A stretch of DNA of 64,000 bases from Acidimicrobiia bacterium. Lineage in GTDB: Bacteria > Actinomycetota > Acidimicrobiia > Acidimicrobiales > CAIXPF01. The notes below the pieces were generated by a model. That model had not been told where the DNA came from. It saw nothing but the letters and a program-made list of their open reading frames with translations, and made no database searches. A program made the translations under genes and the position numbers. This document shows positions 36,238 to 46,481 of this stretch, one piece after another. The stretch is from assembly GCA_947476745.1 (NCBI GenBank), contig CANJRG010000019.1, positions 1,556-65,555 of the forward strand, in the 5' to 3' direction. Position 1 is the stretch's first letter; each line of letters begins with the position of its first letter.

Positions 36238-37672
36238 GCGTGGCGGCCGCCCGTACGGCCTGGCCCGCGTCGCCTTCGTCCACCTCGCGTTCGATCGCCT
36301 GTTGCTGCAGCTCCCGCAGGGTGCGGATCGCGGCGATTGCGACGTCGTCCTGTCCGTCGGGCTCGACCAACTCGGCGAGCAGCGCGGCCTCGACCACGGC
36401 GTGAGCGTGGTGACCGGCGATCTGCAGACGCCGGGCCTGTTCGAGGACCGAACGACGGAGGTCGACCGGGGGCAGCATCGCGAGGCGCCGACTGCGCAGT
36501 ACGTTGCGTTCGACGTTGCCGGCGACCGCGCCGCCGGCCAACAGCGAGGACACCACCAGCAACCCCAGCCATGCGGGCAGGCGGATCCCCACGGGGACGA
36601 CGGCGCCGGCCACCCAGGCCAGCTGAAAGCGGGTCTCGAAGCGGGCGAAGGTACGCGCCCGGTCGATGTCGGGTGCATGGCTCTGGAGGATGCTGTCGAA
36701 CGCCAGCCGTCCGATGCTGGAGCCCATTCCGACGACCAGCACGCACCCGGCCACCACCGCGGGCAGTACCCGGACCGACGCAAGCAGACAGCAGACCGCG
36801 GGCACGACCAGGCCGGCCCGCAACAGGGTGGCCTCGTCGTAGCGCCGGCGCAACGCAGGACCGACGAAGGTGCCGAGCAGGGCCCCGGCGGTGGCCGTGG
36901 CGGCGACCAGGCCGAACATCCACGGTGCGGCGCCGGACCGCTTCAACTCGAACGCGACGAAGAAGGACAGGAACCCGCTCGCGGCGCGCAGCACGGCGAT
37001 GCCCGTCGCCGATCCGACCACGTCGGGGTCGAGTAGTTCCTCGAGTTCCTCGCCAGGCGTGGCGAAGGTCGGGACGGTCCCGGGCTGTTGGAGGCCTATC
37101 GACAGCCATGCGGCGGCGGCGAATGCGCCGCCGGCCAGTACCACGGTGGCTGCCGAGCCGGTCAACTGCGACAAGCCGACCCCGACCGCCCCGCCCAGCG
37201 TGCCGCCGACCGCGCTCAGCCGGGCCAGCCGGGCGTTGGCGGCGAGCAGGTCGCGCCGTTGCGGTTCGAGCCGGGGGACCAGCGCCGCCTTGGCCACCGA
37301 GTACGTCTTGCCGGCGACGAGCACGGCGAGGGCCTCGGGGAAGAACAGCACGGTGCGCAGGTGGAATGCCAACAGCAGGCACAGACCGGCGCGCACGGCG
37401 TTGGCCAGCGTCACCACCCGGGGGTAGCCCTGCGCGACCCGGTCGATGAACGGTCCGACGAGCGGGGCGAACACCGCGAACGGTGCCACGGTGAGGAGCA
37501 GGTACAGCAGGATGTTGGGCCGCGCCGCGTCGGTGGAGGCGTTGAAGAACAGTGACCCGGCGAGGGAGACCACGAACAGGCCGTCGCCGAACGCCTGCAC
37601 GATATGGACGACGCCGAGGCGACGGATCGGGCCCGGTCCGAGCAGCAGGCGACCGAGATGAAGCCGGCCCAT
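36191..37672 (-). CDS. MFS transporter with a roughly 100-aa soluble C-terminal tail
   Basis: About 12 TM segments. The 3' end overlaps the convergent lipoprotein ORF by 47 nt. Confidence 0.7.
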   Translation of the reverse strand: MGRLHLGRLLLGPGPIRRLGVVHIVQAFGDGLFVVSLAGSLFFNASTDAARPNILLYLLLTVAPFAVFAPLVGPFIDRVAQGYPRVVTLANAVRAGLCLLLAFHLRTVLFFPEALAVLVAGKTYSVAKAALVPRLEPQRRDLLAANARLARLSAVGGTLGGAVGVGLSQLTGSAATVVLAGGAFAAAAWLSIGLQQPGTVPTFATPGEELEELLDPDVVGSATGIAVLRAASGFLSFFVAFELKRSGAAPWMFGLVAATATAGALLGTFVGPALRRRYDEATLLRAGLVVPAVCCLLASVRVLPAVVAGCVLVVGMGSSIGRLAFDSILQSHAPDIDRARTFARFETRFQLAWVAGAVVPVGIRLPAWLGLLVVSSLLAGGAVAGNVERNVLRSRRLAMLPPVDLRRSVLEQARRLQIAGHHAHAVVEAALLAELVEPDGQDDVAIAAIRTLRELQQQAIEREVDEGDAGQAVRAAATLSERPARRPTSRPPG

Positions 37673-37744
37673 GGGGAGACGGTAGCGGCCCTGGGGCGCC
37701 GAGCCGGTGGCCTGGCGGCTGCGTGTCTCCCCGGGCGGCGTCGC

Positions 37745-38152
37745 TCAGACGGTGCTGGTTCGCGACAGCGCTTGCTGGAGGACCGTTTGGGTATCCACCG
37801 ATTCGGACAGGGTGCGTTTCAGCTCGCTGCGCCGCGTGGCGATGAGCTCGAGGGTCTCGGTCACGATCAGCCGGGCCGTGGGGTCCTCGCCGAGCTCGAG
37901 TGCGTCCATGGCCTGTAGGACCGACAGCGCGGTATCCAGCCCGATGCCGAGCGATCGGAACGGCCTGATGAGCTGGAAGCGCCTGATGTCGGCCTCGGTG
38001 TAGAGGCGGAAGCCACCGGCGGTCCTCGCCGAGGGTTTGACGATCCCGAGGTCGTCGTAGTGGCGGATGGTCCTTTGGGACATCCCCAGCCGCTCCGCGA
38101 CCTCGCCGATCTGGTAGACGACCAGACCCTCCGGTCCAGTGACATCTGTCAT
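37745..38152 (-). CDS. MerR family transcriptional regulator
   Basis: YQIGEVAERLGMSQRTIRHYDDLGIVKPSARTAGGFRLYTEADI is the MerR HTH signature. Confidence 0.85.
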   Translation of the reverse strand: MTDVTGPEGLVVYQIGEVAERLGMSQRTIRHYDDLGIVKPSARTAGGFRLYTEADIRRFQLIRPFRSLGIGLDTALSVLQAMDALELGEDPTARLIVTETLELIATRRSELKRTLSESVDTQTVLQQALSRTSTV

Positions 38153-38267
38153 AGTTTCAGTGTAGGGAAGATCGCGCCGTCGTGTACGCGATTGGTCTCC
38201 GAGAAGCTACGAGAACCGGTGGATCGGGAGCCGATGGACCGGGTCTAGGCGTGTACGGTGTGCCGCC

Positions 38268-40412
38268 ATGCTCGCGTCGTTGCTCGGCCAGCGCTTGATC
38301 GACGGGATCTCCAACGGGGCGCTCTATGGCTCGTTGGCCTTGGCGATCACGTTGGTGTTCCGATCCACCGGGCGGGTCAACCTCGCCCAGGGCGAACTGG
38401 CCACCGTCGGCACCTATCTGTCGCTGGTACTCGCCACCCCGGCCACCGCGGCCCTCGCCGGCACCGCATTCGCCGCCCGGTGGGTGCCCGCCGCACCGTG
38501 GCCACAATGGCTGGCCATACCGGTCGCCATGGTGTGTTCGGCGGGGATCGCGGCGCTGCTCGAACGCTTCGTCCTGCGCCGCGCCCCCGAGCGGGACGAC
38601 CGGGCCGCCCTGAGCCTCACGGTTGCCCTGTTGCTGCTGCTCAATGCCGGTACGACGCAGCTGTTCGGCAGCGGGGGTAAGGCGTACCGGTCGCCGTTCC
38701 CGAACGCTCCCACCGATCAGTGGCTGGTCGCCGGCGTTCGGGTGCGTTACACCACGGTCGGCACGTGGCTGACCTTGCTCGTGGTACTCGGCCTGCTGCA
38801 CCTGTTCCTGCTGCGCAGCCGGTTCGGCCTGGCATTCAGGGCGGTATCGTCCAACCGAACCAACAGTGCACTGTGCGGTATCCGGGTGAGTCGCACGCTG
38901 AGCGGCGCCTGGGCACTGGCCGCGGCGTTGGGCACCATGGTCGGATGCCTGGCCGCCAACCGGCTGGTGCTCTCACCATCGATGATGACCCGGCTGTTGG
39001 TCTACTCGCTGGTGGCGGCCACCATCGGCGGCCTGTCGAGCCCCAGTGGCGCCCTGGTCGGCGGCATCGTCGTCGGCGTCGGTCAGAGCCTGCTCGGGGG
39101 CTACGTGCCGCACGTCGACTCGGTGCTGGCCTTCCCGCTGCTGGTGCTGGCCATGGTGATCATGCTCTACGTCCGGCCGGGCGGACTGTTCGGTTCTGCC
39201 GGACTGCGGGCGCAGCGCTCCGACAGCGATCTCGGCGGCGCAGCCGTGGCTGCGGCGCTCGACGGCGAGCGACGAGCCCGGTGGGTGCTGGTGCGTCACA
39301 GCCGCCCTTGGTGGTGGGTGCGGATCATCGGGGCGGTGGGGTTGGTGGCCGTCGCGGTGGTGCCGGTGTTCGTCCTGCCCTTCGTCGAGGCCCGGTTGTT
39401 GACCGAGGTCGTGGCCACCACCATCGCCCTGTGGGGCTTGGGATTCCTGGTGGGCGACGGTGGCCGGATCTCCTTCGCCAATGCCACCTTCATGGGTGTC
39501 GGCGCCTACACCACGGCCATCGTCGCCGCTCGTTACGGCATCCACCCCTTCCTCGGCGTGGCCATCGCCGCGGCCGTGGGCTTCGTCGCCGGTGGGCTGC
39601 TGTCGGTCCCGGCGCTGCGGATCCGCGGCCAATACCTGGCCATGGTGACCTTCTGTCTGGCGGTGATCTTCCCGTCGTTGCTGAACCGCTTCAAATGGTT
39701 CACCGGTGGCGAGTATGGCCCCCCGCCGACCAACATGCCGGTCGGTCCGTCCTGGCTGGGCCTGGACCCTCGCCGCCCCTTCGAGTGGCTGCACCTGGTG
39801 ACGGTGGCAGTCGCCCTGCTGCTGGGTTGGATGCTGTCGAACCTGCGCCGCGGGGTCGTCGGCCGGGCGGTGCGGGCCAGCGCCCAGCACGAGGCTGCCG
39901 CCGCGTCGGTGGGGGTGGACACCACCCGGGTCCGGGCCCTGACCTTCGCCTTCTCCGCCGCGTTGGCGGCCATCGGTGGCGCCTTCGTGGCCCTGCAGAC
40001 CCAGGCGGTGACCGCATCGCGCTACGACGTGATGCGCTCCCTGGCCCTGTACGCGCTGCTGGCGATGTTCGGGGTCGGGTCGTTGCTGGGTTCGACGCTG
40101 GCCGCCCTGGCCTTCGTCGGCACGCCGTACCTCATCATCGAGCTGGACCTGCCGATCGGGGGGCGTGGGGTGCCGCCGGACGCGCCTGGCGGCGGGGCCT
40201 ACCTGGTGTGGGGGTTCGCCTTGGTGATCCTCACCATCGTGGCCCCCGATGGCGTGGTGCCCAAGGTGCGCCGCCTCCTGGCCCGGGTGGTGCGGGTGGT
40301 CGATCCTGGCCCCGACGCCGCGACAGTCCGCCCTGCCGATGGGTATGGCGGGCCGGCCGGCCGAGCCGGGTTGTCCGCGGAGGGGGACGGGATCAGCCGT
40401 TCGTCGGGCTGA
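38268..40412 (+). CDS. Fused branched-chain-amino-acid/urea-type ABC permease (LivH-like plus LivM-like halves)
   Basis: The N-terminal half has LIDGISNGALYGSLALAITLVFRSTGRVNLAQGE. The C-terminal half has IALWGLGFLVGDGGRISFANATFMGVGAY. No ATPase or binding-protein gene is adjacent. Confidence 0.75.
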   Translation: MLASLLGQRLIDGISNGALYGSLALAITLVFRSTGRVNLAQGELATVGTYLSLVLATPATAALAGTAFAARWVPAAPWPQWLAIPVAMVCSAGIAALLERFVLRRAPERDDRAALSLTVALLLLLNAGTTQLFGSGGKAYRSPFPNAPTDQWLVAGVRVRYTTVGTWLTLLVVLGLLHLFLLRSRFGLAFRAVSSNRTNSALCGIRVSRTLSGAWALAAALGTMVGCLAANRLVLSPSMMTRLLVYSLVAATIGGLSSPSGALVGGIVVGVGQSLLGGYVPHVDSVLAFPLLVLAMVIMLYVRPGGLFGSAGLRAQRSDSDLGGAAVAAALDGERRARWVLVRHSRPWWWVRIIGAVGLVAVAVVPVFVLPFVEARLLTEVVATTIALWGLGFLVGDGGRISFANATFMGVGAYTTAIVAARYGIHPFLGVAIAAAVGFVAGGLLSVPALRIRGQYLAMVTFCLAVIFPSLLNRFKWFTGGEYGPPPTNMPVGPSWLGLDPRRPFEWLHLVTVAVALLLGWMLSNLRRGVVGRAVRASAQHEAAAASVGVDTTRVRALTFAFSAALAAIGGAFVALQTQAVTASRYDVMRSLALYALLAMFGVGSLLGSTLAALAFVGTPYLIIELDLPIGGRGVPPDAPGGGAYLVWGFALVILTIVAPDGVVPKVRRLLARVVRVVDPGPDAATVRPADGYGGPAGRAGLSAEGDGISRSSG

Positions 40413-41181
40413 CCGCGTCCCTCCAGCGCAGCACCCGGCGCCCGGCGACCGGATCGCCGGCCAGCGTGCGGCGGCTGAACCCGCCGCCGGCCAGCGCCGG
40501 CCAGCCGCTGCTGAACGGGTCGGGGTCCGCCATGGCCCGCTGTGGGCCCGCCGGAGCGCTACCGGCCGGCCCGCCGCAGCCACCGCGGCCGACCGGTCCG
40601 GTGTCGATCGGGCTCGGACCGCGGCCCGTCCCGCCGGGGCCGACCGCCACCTCGGCCGCGACATACCGAGCGGTACCGAGTACGGCGGGTCCGGTCCAGC
40701 CCGGGCCGGTGGCCAGCCCGTCGCGCCAACGCGGACGTCCGGCCACGTCGAGCCGCCAGGTGCTGTCGAGCGCGAGGTCGGTGGGGTCCTCGCCGCTGCG
40801 GCCGAGCACCAGTTCGTCGGTCCAGTGCAGGAGGGCGTCGTCGCCGCAGTCCAGCGTGACCCGGCTGCGGTACCGTGCCGACGCCGCCACGATCACCGGT
40901 TCGGGGTGCCAACGCAGCGACGATCCGCCGCCAACTGTCGCATCGACAGCGACCGTGGCCCAGCCGCCGTCGAGGCAGGGATGGATCAGCTGGGCGCCCA
41001 TGCTGGTCACCGTCACCCGCGCCCCCTCGGTGAGCCGCAGACAGATGGTGAGCTCGTCGCCCTCGAGGACCATGGCCCCCGAGCTGACCTGCATGAGGGT
41101 GAGGCTCCCGTCGGGCTCGCGGCGGATCTTCCCGCCGAGCGGGGGATCGCAGGCGAAGCGGGTGACGGCCGAGCCGCACAC
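40393..41181 (-). CDS. ureD: Urease accessory protein UreD/UreH
   Basis: The UreD-like pattern (SGAMVLEGDELTICLRLTEGARVTVTSMGAQ) and operon position support the call. The GTG start at 41181 is inferred, as there is no in-frame ATG. Confidence 0.65.
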   Translation of the reverse strand: MCGSAVTRFACDPPLGGKIRREPDGSLTLMQVSSGAMVLEGDELTICLRLTEGARVTVTSMGAQLIHPCLDGGWATVAVDATVGGGSSLRWHPEPVIVAASARYRSRVTLDCGDDALLHWTDELVLGRSGEDPTDLALDSTWRLDVAGRPRWRDGLATGPGWTGPAVLGTARYVAAEVAVGPGGTGRGPSPIDTGPVGRGGCGGPAGSAPAGPQRAMADPDPFSSGWPALAGGGFSRRTLAGDPVAGRRVLRWRDAVSPTNG

Positions 41182-41201
41182 CTCGAGATGCAGTGCGGCC
41201 C

Positions 41202-41895
<694 letters not shown>

Positions 41896-41906
<11 letters not shown>

Positions 41907-42255
41907 AGAGACGCACCTCCCAGGCGCGATGGACCTCGGCCCGCAGCTCGCGCCAGGCCGGCGAGGGCTGGTGGGCCTCCGCCTCCTCCTCGAGACGATC
42001 CAAGGCGTCGGGTTCGAGCCCGGCCCGGCAGGCGTTGGCGGCCAGCCAGGCCTCGAGCGTGCCGCCGTGGTGCAGCCGGCCTACCAGGAAGGCCCGCAGG
42101 CTCGCCGGGTCGGTGACGGCGCCGGCGCCGACCGCGGCTTCGAGCCCACCGGAGTGGGCGAAGCCACCACCGGGGAAGCGGCCGTCGGCGAGCAACAGCT
42201 CGATCACGGCCGATCCGTCGGTGGGCCCCGCGGCGAGTCCGTTCGGTGCAGCCAT
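41896..42255 (-). CDS. ureF: UreF-like urease accessory protein, only 119 aa (internally deleted or truncated)
   Basis: The N-terminal UreF pattern [23 protein letters not shown] and the family-typical C-terminal ending RLFAS are both present. About 100 residues between them are missing relative to my recollection of typical 205-250-aa UreF. Confidence 0.6.
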
Positions 42256-44148
42256 CAGAACAGGCTGTAGCGCTGGGCCAGGGGGAGTGAGGAGACCGGG
42301 TCCTCCACGATCAGCCGGCCGTCGATGCGCACGGCGAAGCTACGGGGGTCGATGTCGATCTGCGGGCAGGTGCCGTTCTCGGGCAGATCGGCCTTGCCCA
42401 GGCCGCGCCTGTTGCGCACCGGCAGCAGCGACCGTCGCACGGCCAGGCGGTCGGCCAGCCCGTCCTCGAGGGCGGCCGGCGCCACCCAGGCCACGGACGT
42501 ACCTGACGGTATTGTGGCACCGAACATCGGCCGGGCCATCACCGGTTGGGGGGGTGGGGTGGGAGGCGTTGGCGTCGCCCATCTGGGCCCAGGCGATGAC
42601 CCCGCCCTTGAGTACCACCGAGGGCCGTACTCCGAAGAATGCCGGCTCCCAAAGGCAGAGGTCGGCGAGCTTGCCCGGTTCCACCGAGCCGACCTCGCCG
42701 TCGAGGCCGTGGGTCATGGCCGGGCCGATGGTGACCTTGGCGATGTAGCGGCGAGCTCGCAGGTTGTCGGCCCCGGCCACCGGCTCGCCGTCCAAGGCGC
42801 CCCGCCGGTCCTTCATCACGTGGGCGGTCTGGAAGGTCCGGGTGACCACCTCGCCGATGCGGCCCATGGCTTGTGAGTCCGAGCCGATGATGGAGATGGC
42901 CCCGAGGTCGTGCAACCAGTCCTCTGCGGCGATGGTCGAGGGACGGACCCGGCTCTCGGCGAAGGCGAGGTCCTCGGGCACGTTGGGGTTGAGGTGGTGG
43001 CACACCATGAGCATGTCGAGGTGTTCGGCGATGGTGTTGACGGTGTGCGGCCGGGTCGGGTTGGTCGAGGACGGCAGGATGTTGGGGAACGACGACACCG
43101 TCATGATGTCGGGGGCGTGGCCGCCGCCGGCGCCCTCGGTGTGGTAGCTGTGGATGTTCCGGCTGCCGATGGCGGCCAGCGTCGACCGCACGTAACCGGC
43201 TTCGTTGAGGGTGTCGGTGTGCAGGGCTGCCTGCAGTCCCCAACGGTCGCAGGCCCGTAGGCAGGCGTCGATGGCGGCGGGGGTGGTTCCCCAGTCCTCG
43301 TGCAGCTTGTAGCCGACGGCGCCGCTACGGGCCGCCAGGTCGAGCTCGTCGGCGGAGACGGTGTTGCCCTTCGCCAGCAGCGCCACGTTGACGGGCCAGG
43401 CGTCCAGCGCCTCGAGCATACGATCGAGATACCACGGGCCAGGGGTCACGGTGGTGGCCTTGGTGCCCTCGGCGGGGCCGGTGCCGCCGCCGATCAGCGT
43501 GGTGATGCCTGCGGCCAGCGCCTCGGGGATGACCTGCGGGCAGATGAGATGCACGTGGCTGTCGAAGGCTCCTGCGGTGAGGATGCGGCCCCCGCCGGCG
43601 AGGATCTCGGTGGACGGCCCGATCACCAGGTCGGGGTGCACCCCGTCGGAGGTGTCGGGGTTGCCGGCCTTGCCGAGCGCCACGATCCGCCCGCCGCGCA
43701 CGCCGACGTCGCACTTGACGACGCCCCAGTGGTCGAGCACCAGCACGTTGGTGATGACCAGGTCGGCCCCGGAGTGGGTGGCCTGGCCCATCGATTCACG
43801 GATGACCTTGCCGCCGCCGAACACCGCCTCGTCGCCGGGTCCGCCCGGGCCCATGGTGCGATCCTCGGTGGGCGAGATGAACAGGTTGGTGTCACCCAAC
43901 CGGACCAGGTCGACGTCGCGTGCCAGGCCGGGCTCGAAGCGCATGCCCGTACCTACTGGTACGTCGAGGCGGAAGCCGTCTGCGGCCGCACGGTCGAAGG
44001 CCAACGCGGCGTTGGTGTCCGCGAAATGGAAGTGGCTGCCGACCTGGATCGGACGGTCGCCGGTGTTCTCGACCCGCACCGTGATGCGGTCGCGTCCGGG
44101 GCTCAACTCGAGGTCGCCCTCGGCGGCGATGCACTCGCCTGGTTGCAT
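42255..44148 (-). pseudogene. ureC: Urease beta-alpha fusion (UreB N-terminal about 85 aa joined in frame to UreC), interrupted by a +1 frameshift near the 3' end
   Basis: UreB motif [12 protein letters not shown] is present, followed by UreC motifs [60 protein letters not shown] and MVCHHL. The C-terminal 95 aa ([10 protein letters not shown]...AQRYSLF) lie in another frame after the G7 run at 42548-42554. Confidence 0.75.
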
Positions 44149-44170
44149 GCTGGGGTTCCTTCCGGGTCGG

Positions 44171-44473
44171 TCAGACGATGGGGTGGTGAAGGGTGACGAG
44201 CTTGGTGCCGTCGGGGAAGGTGGCTTCGACCTGGACCTCGTGGATCAGCTCGGCCACCCCATCCATGACGTCGTCACGTCCGAGCACGGCCCGGCCGGTC
44301 TCCATCAGCTCGACCACGGTCCGCCCGTCGCGGGCGCCTTCCATCACGAAGCTCGACAGCAACGCCACGGCCTCGGGGTAGTTGAGCTTGAGGCCGCGCG
44401 CCCGTCGCTGCTGGGCGACCAGCCCGGCCATGGACAGCAACAGCTTGTCGACATCACGGGGTGCGAGATGCAT
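44171..44473 (-). CDS. ureA: Urease gamma subunit
   Basis: [39 protein letters not shown]...; 100 aa. The long upstream extension to 45148 is rejected. Confidence 0.9.
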   Translation of the reverse strand: MHLAPRDVDKLLLSMAGLVAQQRRARGLKLNYPEAVALLSSFVMEGARDGRTVVELMETGRAVLGRDDVMDGVAELIHEVQVEATFPDGTKLVTLHHPIV

Positions 44474-44693
44474 GGGGTGAACACCAACCCTTTGCGGTCG
44501 CCGTCGGTCATGACGAGTTCCTGAACGACGGAACCGTAGGAGCGCCAGGTGACCGCGGCATCTCAGCCTCGTGAACGCCGGATTTTCGGAACCTGACACG
44601 ACCCCGGCCCGGTGCGTCTCGTCGGCGGTCCGGCCCGCGGTGCGCCGGTCGGGCCTGCGGCCGCGTGACCGACCGGTCCGACGATCCGTCCGG

Positions 44694-45599
44694 TCAGTGG
44701 CCGGGGGGCAGACGGCGGGGTTGTTCCGCCGGAGCCACGCCGGGATGGCCGTGGCCGTGGCGGTGGTCGTCGCCGGCGGGATGGTCGTGCCCGTGGTCGT
44801 CGCCGGTGCGCAGCAGTTCGCCGTCGACGTTGCGCAGCGCGATGCCGAAGGTCTCGAGCAGTTTGTCGGGCACCAGCACGACCGGCGGCGGTCCGTAGGC
44901 CACGACCCGCTGGGCCAGCAACATGACCTGGTCGGCCCGGGCGGCCTCGCCGATGTCATGGGTCGCGACGACCACGGCTGCCCCACGGGCGGTCTCGTCG
45001 GCCACGGCCTGCTCGTAGCGCTCCTGACCGGGGGCATCGAGGCCCGCCGTCGGCTCGTCGAGCAGTAGCAGGTCGGCCTCGGCGGCGAGGACCTGGGCGA
45101 GATGGACCCGCTGGCGCTGCCCGCCCGACAGGGCACGCAGAGCGGCATCGGCGAGGTGCTCGATACCCATCCGTGCCATGGCCGCGGCCACGGCGTCGTG
45201 ATCGGCCTGGCGCAACCGGCCCCACAGACCGTGGCGGGCGAAGCGGCCCATGCGCACCACGTCGCGTGCCCGCAACGGCAGGGCGCTGCGCTCGAGGTGG
45301 AACTGGCTGAGGTACGCCACGGCGGCGGCCCGGCCGGGGGAGGGTCGGTGATGACTGGGGCCGGCGGGCTGTCCGAGTACCTGCAGGTCGCCGTCGAGCG
45401 GGGCGAGGAGGCCGACGAGGGTCTTGAGCAGGGTCGACTTGCCCGACCCGTTGGAGCCGACCAGGGCCAGCACGGCGCCGCGGGGCAGGTCGAGGTCGAT
45501 GCCGGTAACGACCGGGGCGCTGCGGTAGCCGATGGTCAGCCCGGTCGCCTGCAGCGCCGGGCCGTCGTTCGGGTGGGCGTGGTGGTGGGCGGCAATCAT
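44694..45599 (-). CDS. Metal (Zn/Mn-type) ABC transporter ATP-binding protein with a His-rich C-terminal tail
   Basis: Walker [10 protein letters not shown], signature LSGGQRQR and Walker B LLLLDEP are present. The tail reads [22 protein letters not shown]. The start overlaps the permease stop (ATGA). Confidence 0.85.
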   Translation of the reverse strand: MIAAHHHAHPNDGPALQATGLTIGYRSAPVVTGIDLDLPRGAVLALVGSNGSGKSTLLKTLVGLLAPLDGDLQVLGQPAGPSHHRPSPGRAAAVAYLSQFHLERSALPLRARDVVRMGRFARHGLWGRLRQADHDAVAAAMARMGIEHLADAALRALSGGQRQRVHLAQVLAAEADLLLLDEPTAGLDAPGQERYEQAVADETARGAAVVVATHDIGEAARADQVMLLAQRVVAYGPPPVVLVPDKLLETFGIALRNVDGELLRTGDDHGHDHPAGDDHRHGHGHPGVAPAEQPRRLPPGH

Positions 45600-46468
45600 G
45601 CCGACACGCCGCTGGTCGCTGTGGTGGTGTTCGACGGTGCCGACCGACGACGGGACTCGAGCACGCCGGTGACGGCGAAGGTGACGAAGAACAGGCCGAC
45701 CGCGACGAGCACGACGCTGGCCCCGGCCGCGAGGTCGAAGTGGTAGCTGGCCAGCAGGCCCAGATACACCGACAGCGATCCCAGCGCCGCAGCAATCAGC
45801 ATCATCGAGGAGATCCGGCGGGCCACGAGCGCTCCGGCACCGGCGGGGGCGAGCAGCATGCCGAACACCAGCAGCGTGCCGACCGTCTGGAACGACACGA
45901 TCACGGTGGCGGCCACCAGCACCAGCATGATCACGTGGTAGCGCTGCGAGGGGAAACCGGCCACGTCGGCCTGCTCGGGGTCGATGCACAGCAGCAGGAA
46001 CGGTCGCGCCAGCAACAGGGTCGTGGCCACCACGACCATGGTGGCGACGGCCTGCAGCGCGAGATCGGCGCGGCTCACCCCCAGCAGCTCACCGAAGAGG
46101 ATGCGGACCAGGTCCCCGGTGAAGGAGTCCGAGCGCGAGACCATGACCACGCCGAGGGCGAGCATCCCGACGAAGAGCAGGCCGATGGCGGTGTCGGCCG
46201 ACAGCTGTGAGCGCCGGGTCACCAGTGAGACCCCGCCGATCATCGCTGCGGCACCGAGGGCGGCACCGGCGAGGCCGGGCATACCGAGCAGGATGGCCAG
46301 CGCCACCCCGGGCAGGACCCCGTGGGCCAGGGCGTCGCCGATGAACGCCAGCCCCCGCAGGACCACGAAGGTGCCGACCACCGCGCAGGCCAGAGCCACC
46401 AGGACACCGGCCAGCAGCGCCCGCTGCAGGAACTCGTTGTCGAGGAAGGGCTGCAGCAGCGGACCCAT
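45596..46468 (-). CDS. Metal ABC transporter permease (ABC-3 / ZnuB-MntB family)
   Basis: FLQRALLAGVLVALACAVVGTFVVLRGLAFIGDALAHGVLPG is typical of ABC-3 permeases. The ATG is at 46468. Confidence 0.85.
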   Translation of the reverse strand: MGPLLQPFLDNEFLQRALLAGVLVALACAVVGTFVVLRGLAFIGDALAHGVLPGVALAILLGMPGLAGAALGAAAMIGGVSLVTRRSQLSADTAIGLLFVGMLALGVVMVSRSDSFTGDLVRILFGELLGVSRADLALQAVATMVVVATTLLLARPFLLLCIDPEQADVAGFPSQRYHVIMLVLVAATVIVSFQTVGTLLVFGMLLAPAGAGALVARRISSMMLIAAALGSLSVYLGLLASYHFDLAAGASVVLVAVGLFFVTFAVTGVLESRRRSAPSNTTTATSGVSA

Positions 46469-46481
46469 CGGGCGTCTCCGG

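Noticed and set aside
33145-36783. 1212-aa minus-strand ORF. Similar long shadow ORFs occur at 4761-6692(-), 11296-13629(-), 25150-27006(-), 38720-41314(+), 38973-40664(-), 53554-55245(+), 54980-56419(+) and 60457-63387(+).
   Set aside because: All are antisense or out of frame to genes with strong family signatures. They have Arg/Pro/Gly-dominated composition and cross several real gene boundaries.
38153-38267. Direct repeat of CGTGTACG (near 38183 and 38248) in the MerR/permease divergent region as a MerR operator
   Set aside because: The repeats are short and about 65 bp apart. They are not arranged as the inverted repeat inside a 19-20-bp spacer promoter that is typical of MerR sites. 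The evidence is insufficient.
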